Origin: Fidelibacterota bacterium
GTDB taxonomy: Bacteria; Fidelibacterota; Fidelibacteria; Fidelibacterales; DSDE01
DNA: 64,000 nt
NCBI GenBank assembly: GCA_046735395.1
Contig: JBJKQR010000008.1
Span: 52,124 to 116,123, forward strand
Reading direction: 5' to 3'
Positions within the stretch are counted from its first letter, which is position 1, and every line of letters starts with the position of its first letter. Below are positions 58,804 through 64,000 of this stretch, piece by piece. The notes under the pieces were generated by a model. That model was not told the DNA's origin, ran no database searches, and saw nothing but the letters and a program-made list of their open reading frames with translations. The position numbers and the translations under genes are program-made.

Positions 58804-60021
58804 TTACAGCAGAATTTCTCTGACGGCTCTTTCGATCTGATCCAGCCGATCTTCCATGCTTCCGCTCAGGCCGATGGACATGCGCACCAGTCCGGGTGAC
58901 AGTCCCATACGGTCCTGGTCTGACCGGGCGATTTCGGATGATGTGGAGGATCCGGAACAGCTCATGAGGGTGTCAAAATATCCGAGCGAGACGGCGATGA
59001 AACCGAAATGTGCCGTATTCTGGAGATAATTCATAAACTCGTCGGCCTTTTCCTCGCTGCCGCAGTCGATGCTGAGCATCCCGCCGTATCCGTAACCGTC
59101 GTTCAGCATGGATTTGAACAGGTCATGCTGAGGATGGGTCTTCAGGCCGGGGTAATTGACGCGGACACCCAGTTCTCCCAGGCGACGGGCTATCACAAGC
59201 GCCCGGATGCCGTGTTCCTTCATGCGGATGGACAGGTGGGGCAGTCTCTGAATGATGTCAAAGGCGACTCTGGGATCGGGTGTGGGGCCGAGCAGCATGA
59301 CGCGTCCCGTGTGCAGATCCATGAGTTGATAGATGAAATCCCGGGACGCACAGACCGCACCGGCAATGAGATCCGAGGCGCCGTTGATGTATTTGGTCAG
59401 CGAATAGATGACGATATCCGCACCCAGCCGGGCGGGAGAAATCATCATGGGTGTGAAGGTGTTGTCCACAGCCAGGAGAAGGTCATGTTCTTTTGCGATT
59501 TTGGCGAGAATGCGAATGTCGGAGGCCTTGAGGGTCGGATTGGAGATGGATTCGGTATAAAGGAGTTTTGTATTGTCGCGGATAGCGGCCTCAAATTGCG
59601 TTGGATCATCCGGATCGACAAAGGTCACCTCCACGCCCATCTGCGGAAGAACATGTTCGAAAAAAGCGTGGGTTCCGCCATAGATGGTATTGGAGGAAAC
59701 GAGATGATCGCCTGCATGACAGATCTGCAGCACCGTGCTGGTGATGGATCCCATTCCGCTGGCGGTGACGAGAGCGTGTTCCGTATTTTCCATGGCGGCG
59801 AGATAGCGGGCCAGCGTATCCGTCGTCGGATTGAAGTGCCGGCTGTAGAGGAAGCAGCCGCCCTGCTCCGGCGTTTTCAGGCCCCCGAAAATTTCTGGCA
59901 TGGTGTGCGAATCCAGCACAGTGAATGTGGCGCTACGTTCCACTGATGGCGTGACACCCCCGTGTTCACCGAATTCCCGTCTCACATCCATCATGGCTTT
60001 TTCCGGATTGAATGACGTCAT
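58804..60021 (-). CDS. methionine gamma-lyase-like PLP enzyme (Cys/Met metabolism family)
   Basis: YSRHFNP, ASGMG, VDNTF, SLTKY, AVSLG. Confidence 0.85.
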   Translation of the reverse strand: MTSFNPEKAMMDVRREFGEHGGVTPSVERSATFTVLDSHTMPEIFGGLKTPEQGGCFLYSRHFNPTTDTLARYLAAMENTEHALVTASGMGSITSTVLQICHAGDHLVSSNTIYGGTHAFFEHVLPQMGVEVTFVDPDDPTQFEAAIRDNTKLLYTESISNPTLKASDIRILAKIAKEHDLLLAVDNTFTPMMISPARLGADIVIYSLTKYINGASDLIAGAVCASRDFIYQLMDLHTGRVMLLGPTPDPRVAFDIIQRLPHLSIRMKEHGIRALVIARRLGELGVRVNYPGLKTHPQHDLFKSMLNDGYGYGGMLSIDCGSEEKADEFMNYLQNTAHFGFIAVSLGYFDTLMSCSGSSTSSEIARSDQDRMGLSPGLVRMSIGLSGSMEDRLDQIERAVREILL

Positions 60022-60204
60022 CCTTCCCCCTTACGACTTTTCCTAAAATTAAGGAAAGTGAGGTCGGAGAAAAAGTCCTAAACGATGGAATAAAAATGAA
60101 CGCGAAGACGGCGACGGATTAACCGGCAGAATTCTGCAAAAAATAGCATAAGAAATAAAACGGTCCGGAAACCCGAACGGGCAAACCGAAACCCGGCGCC
60201 ATAG

Positions 60205-60975
60205 TTATTTCAAGGCGTTTTTCAGTTCATGAAAAAGATTGGGATTGGAGACGATGATCGTTCCGCCGTACAGGTTGAAATCGCTGCCGTCACAGGCGGA
60301 AACCCGCCCTCCGGCTTCGCGGACCAGCAGTTCGCCGGCAGCCATATCCCAGGGCTGCAGATTGAATTCCCAGTATCCGTCCAGACGGCCGCAGGCGACG
60401 AAGGCCATGTCGAGTGCCGCGGATCCTTCGCGGCGGATTCCCATGGATTTCGTATAGAGATCCTTGAAAAGTTCGAAATTCCGGTGGTAGTTTTCGTTAT
60501 GCTCATAGGGAAAGCCGGTCGCCAGGAGCGACCGTTCAAGGGTTGTCACTCCGGAAACATGGATGGCTTTCCCGTTCAGTGTGGCGCCCTGCCCATCCAC
60601 CGCTTCGAAATGTTCATCGTGCATGGGATCATAGACGATGCCGAGCAGGGTCCGGGCATTATAGGTCAGCGCAATGGAAACATTGAAAAGAGGAAAGCCG
60701 TGCATAAAATTTGTGGTTCCGTCCAGAGGATCGACAACCCAGCGGTAGGGTGAGTCGCTGCGCTTCAGATCACTTTCCTCCGCCAGTATCTGGTGGTCGG
60801 GGAAAGCGTCCGAAATAACCGACTTGATAAAGGCTTCGCTGCGCTTGTCCACGTCCGTAACGGCGTTGACCCGGCCCTTCCACTCAACCTGATGCTGATC
60901 ATTCAGGCCGGCCATGATAATGTCGCCGGCGCCGTGAGCCGCCTTCCGGGCGATTTCCAGGAAACGGTCCGTCAC
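60205..60975 (-). CDS. suhB: inositol monophosphatase family protein
   Basis: WVVDPLDGTTNF, GSAALD, WDMAAG. Confidence 0.9.
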   Translation of the reverse strand: MTDRFLEIARKAAHGAGDIIMAGLNDQHQVEWKGRVNAVTDVDKRSEAFIKSVISDAFPDHQILAEESDLKRSDSPYRWVVDPLDGTTNFMHGFPLFNVSIALTYNARTLLGIVYDPMHDEHFEAVDGQGATLNGKAIHVSGVTTLERSLLATGFPYEHNENYHRNFELFKDLYTKSMGIRREGSAALDMAFVACGRLDGYWEFNLQPWDMAAGELLVREAGGRVSACDGSDFNLYGGTIIVSNPNLFHELKNALK

Positions 60976-62072
60976 TTATAGATTTCCTTCAGTTTTGCCA
61001 CGAGAGCGTCACCACGAAGATCTTCAGCACTGATGACGCCATTCGGATCGAGAAGGACAGTGTGAGGAATTGAACGGACGGCGTACAATTTGCCTGCTTC
61101 GTTATTCCATCCCTTCAGGTCCGAGCACTGGGCCCAGGTGATTCCATCGTCTTGAATGGCCTTTTTCCAGTTTTCCTTTTTTGTATCGAGGCTGACGCCG
61201 AGAATCTGAAATCCCTTCGGATGGTATTCCGCATAGGCTTTGACGACGTTGGGATTTTCCATGCGGCAGGGACGGCACCAGCTGGCCCAGAAATCGACCA
61301 GCAGCCAGCCGCCGCGGAACTGTGACAGGGTTACGGGCTGGCCGTCCGGGCCGTCCAGCGTGAAATCGGGCGCGGTCTTTCCCACCTGCACTGCCGCCAG
61401 CAGAGTCGCGTAGGCATCCACGGACTTTCCGTATTTTCCTTTCCTGACATCTGAGCTGTAGAGGCCGAGAAATTCCTGAAGTTCGTCCAGATTCATGCGA
61501 TAGGCGTTACGGTCAGTGAGCCAGGCGGCGACAGCGGATTCGCCATGTCCCTTGATCCATTCGGAGAGATAGGATTTTTCGCCCTGATCCTCTATATCAT
61601 AGAGAGAATCGAGTCGGGCCATGTCTTCCTGATCGTTACTCTTGAAGGCCTTCTGGTATTCCAGATAAATTTCATTCATGGCGGATTCGAAGCTTTCGAT
61701 GCCCTTGTTGTAGGCGTTGAAAAGATCCTGTGAGGGCGATCCGCTCAGAGAGGAGCTGTCGGGCGTGTCGGCATCCAGCGTCAGAGACATGACGGCATTT
61801 TCCAGAAATACCGGGAAGCGGCCATCGGATGAATTTGCCCGGAACGCGAGGTAAAGCGGTTCGTCCAGTTTTCCGCTGAAGGTAAATTGTCCGTTTTCGA
61901 CCGTGGCGGAATCAATGGGGATATACTGCCGGTCAATGCGTTCCTCGAGGTAAACTTTATCGGCCGTAGCGCCGCTTACGGTTCCGTTGATGGTGTAGCC
62001 GCTGTCGCTGCTGCGGCTGCAGGACCCCAGAATGACGATGCTCAGCGATACGAAAAAAATGATCTTATTCAT
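60972..62072 (-). CDS. DUF4369 + TlpA-type thioredoxin lipoprotein
   Basis: lipobox LGSC; GYTINGTV; DFWASWCRPCR. Confidence 0.9.
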   Translation of the reverse strand: MNKIIFFVSLSIVILGSCSRSSDSGYTINGTVSGATADKVYLEERIDRQYIPIDSATVENGQFTFSGKLDEPLYLAFRANSSDGRFPVFLENAVMSLTLDADTPDSSSLSGSPSQDLFNAYNKGIESFESAMNEIYLEYQKAFKSNDQEDMARLDSLYDIEDQGEKSYLSEWIKGHGESAVAAWLTDRNAYRMNLDELQEFLGLYSSDVRKGKYGKSVDAYATLLAAVQVGKTAPDFTLDGPDGQPVTLSQFRGGWLLVDFWASWCRPCRMENPNVVKAYAEYHPKGFQILGVSLDTKKENWKKAIQDDGITWAQCSDLKGWNNEAGKLYAVRSIPHTVLLDPNGVISAEDLRGDALVAKLKEIYK

Positions 62073-62292
62073 GATACTTCCCCCAAAATATGCTCGTTGT
62101 TTAGTCCATCCGTTCATGTCCGGGAAATATAGACAATTTTCATCACTTTATGAGGAAAAAATTCGGCAGGCAGTCTTCCGGAAAAATTCGGACACACGGG
62201 TTTTGATGAAGCCCGGCCGGATATTATGATTATATCTCAATCACGGTTATTCTTCTTTATTATTTTTCATTTCATCACGACCTTGGTGACAA

Positions 62293-62583
62293 ATGAGACA
62301 GCAGGAAACGGAATTTTCATCAGAGTCACTTTCGGAGCATTTGTTCTGGGATCTTGATCGGGATATTCATTCGGAAACGATTATTTCACAGGTGCTTCAA
62401 TTCGGCCTCATGGATGATTGGGTAAAAATTCAAGACTATTACGGCCTGGATAAGATCGTGGCCACGGCCCTGAAAATGAAGAATCCCGATAAAAAGACAG
62501 CCTCTTTCCTGGCATTAAAGACAAATACGGATAAATATCAATTTTTATGTTATTCACAGAAACCATCACTTCCGCCACACTGA
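62293..62583 (+). CDS. DUF6922-like protein (AbiEii-associated antitoxin candidate)
   Basis: LSEHLFWD...VLQFGLMDDW...YYG motif; overlaps the AbiEii remnant. Confidence 0.65.
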   Translation: MRQQETEFSSESLSEHLFWDLDRDIHSETIISQVLQFGLMDDWVKIQDYYGLDKIVATALKMKNPDKKTASFLALKTNTDKYQFLCYSQKPSLPPH

Positions 62584-62720
62584 AACTTTTAAAGGCGCTT
62601 CAGGCCGAGGCACCCTTGAAAACCACACGCTAGGATTTCTTCGGAGATATTTCACTGGAAGATGCTGAGGTAAATATGTGGCTGAGCAAATTTCAGAGGG
62701 CCGTATACTCCGCCATCTGA
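62547..62720 (+). pseudogene. AbiEii-type nucleotidyltransferase toxin remnant
   Basis: MLFTETITSATLKLLKALQAEAPLKTTR*DFFGDISLED...; GGT motif absent, internal stop, truncated. Confidence 0.6.
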
Positions 62721-62868
62721 AATTATCGGTTGGAAATTCCCTGAATATCTGTTATACTCGGTTGTATTTGAAATTTAACAATTTGACGGGCGATCAATCA
62801 GGATCAGACGTCAGGGATGTAAATTGCTTTCAGTCAGAAACAGAACCTTCATAAGAAAGGAGTTGGAT

Positions 62869-63807
62869 TTGAAAAAGACGATGAAACAGTGCCTGCTTTG
62901 GACGGCAGCATTGCTGCTGATGCTTTCCTGCGACCGGAAACCGGTGACGTATTATCACTTCTCTCAGGGAATTCCGGTGGACCGGGACAGCCTGACAACG
63001 ATTCCCATTGTGGAAAAATCCTATTTAAAGCAGATGGTCGTAAAGTATGCGCAGATTGACAGCCCCAGCTATTCGATTATTCCGGTGAATTATGGCGGGA
63101 CAGACAGTATTGTTGTCATATATTCCATGGTTGATTCCTTTTTTGTTGAAGTATCTGCCGAGTCCGGGACGTCCTTTGGATTTGGAGCCGGCTCATTCAA
63201 GCAAGATTCGGACAAGAAAGAATCTTACATTCATGAAATAGGACCTGATAATAGGTATTTTGATACCGAGGCCTTACTTCGTATCAGAGAGGACGACGAA
63301 GGGCGGGGCCTGGAATATTCCTGGATCCGGGGCGATGAAAGCGTCCCCGAGCCGGTGGAAGTGGCGAAATATTTTGAAGAGGGAGACAACTTCCCGGATT
63401 TTCAGACGATGACCATCGATTCGGCTGCGTTTTCTTCTGTGTCCCTGGCGGGCAAACCCGTCGTCATCAATTGGTGGCACACGGGATGCGGACCTTGCAG
63501 GGAAGAATTTCCGGATCTGAATAATTTTGTTGATAAATACGGTGAGAATGTTCGCTTCCTCGCAATAACTGTGGATGAGGACGTTGAGTTATTGAAAGAA
63601 TTCTTAAAGGAATTTGATTTCAAATATGAACATCTGCTGGCAAATGACGAACTGAAGTCTCTGTTGCATTCAGCCTATCCGGTAAATGTCATCATTGATA
63701 AAAACGGAAAGGTTGTTTTTGCAAAATCGGGTCTGCATTACACGTCTTCCGGTGAACATGATTTCACGGCATTTGAGGAAGTGCTGCAGAAAGTTGTGAA
63801 CGAATAA
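62869..63807 (+). CDS. TlpA-family thiol-disulfide oxidoreductase lipoprotein
   Basis: lipobox MLSC; NWWHTGCGPCREE; start TTG 62869 or ATG 62881. Confidence 0.85.
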   Translation: MKKTMKQCLLWTAALLLMLSCDRKPVTYYHFSQGIPVDRDSLTTIPIVEKSYLKQMVVKYAQIDSPSYSIIPVNYGGTDSIVVIYSMVDSFFVEVSAESGTSFGFGAGSFKQDSDKKESYIHEIGPDNRYFDTEALLRIREDDEGRGLEYSWIRGDESVPEPVEVAKYFEEGDNFPDFQTMTIDSAAFSSVSLAGKPVVINWWHTGCGPCREEFPDLNNFVDKYGENVRFLAITVDEDVELLKEFLKEFDFKYEHLLANDELKSLLHSAYPVNVIIDKNGKVVFAKSGLHYTSSGEHDFTAFEEVLQKVVNE

Positions 63808-63938
63808 ACGCTATTTCGAAAGAACCGATTAAATAAAAGTGAATCGTCGCGGTATCTGATTCACACTGACACAGCCGGATGGATTTTCCTCATGGAAAAA
63901 GTCTGAGACGGCCGTGGAAAATTCCGTATATTCGGCGC

Positions 63939-64000
63939 ATGATCAAATCAGATTCCATGACTGAAGAAGGCGGGCGCCGGAAAATCGACCTGAGCAGCTG
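63939..64000 (+). CDS. 5' end of a gene running off the window (possibly a CatA-like O-acetyltransferase)
   Basis: MIKSDSMTEEGGRRKIDLSS followed by an incomplete TG codon; KIDLxxW resembles CAT-family N termini. Confidence 0.35.
   Translation, partial: MIKSDSMTEEGGRRKIDLSS

Noticed and set aside
60022..60204. Possible SAM riboswitch upstream of the Met lyase gene
   Set aside because: SAM-I core motifs not found; only a simple inverted repeat

Overview
Bacterial chromosomal window, mostly housekeeping. Gene content (TonB, LolA-like and beta-barrel proteins, many lipoproteins, PASTA-only protein, DUF4369 thioredoxin) points to a diderm FCB-group organism, possibly Marinimicrobia-like; this taxonomy is inference. 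Core blocks: an argR-argGHCJBD operon with three ARG boxes; a TetR/LolA-like/beta-barrel/MMPL lipid-transport operon; asd-aspartokinase; wecB-sugar transferase-DegT-serS-plsC; prfC; yajC-def-fmt-rsmB-PASTA; a stand-alone arcA; and hisGDCBHAFI preceded by an unannotated 16-codon poly-His attenuator leader that appears to be leaderless. Accessory pieces: an AT-rich left end where GTAG-type REP palindromes bracket a zinc-finger/DUF559 nuclease; a CHASE2 adenylate cyclase coupled to a secreted SH3-M48 protease fusion; an AT-rich islet after tRNA-Thr(CGT) carrying a DUF433/PIN toxin-antitoxin pair and a HEPN-motif protein; a BlaI-type operator pair upstream of a TonB-C plus pentapeptide-repeat operon; and a decayed DUF6922/AbiEii module. 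Several genes show a -10 box 5-6 nt before ATG, suggesting leaderless transcripts. No CRISPR array, integrase or transposase is visible. All family assignments come from motif recognition by eye; no searches were run.
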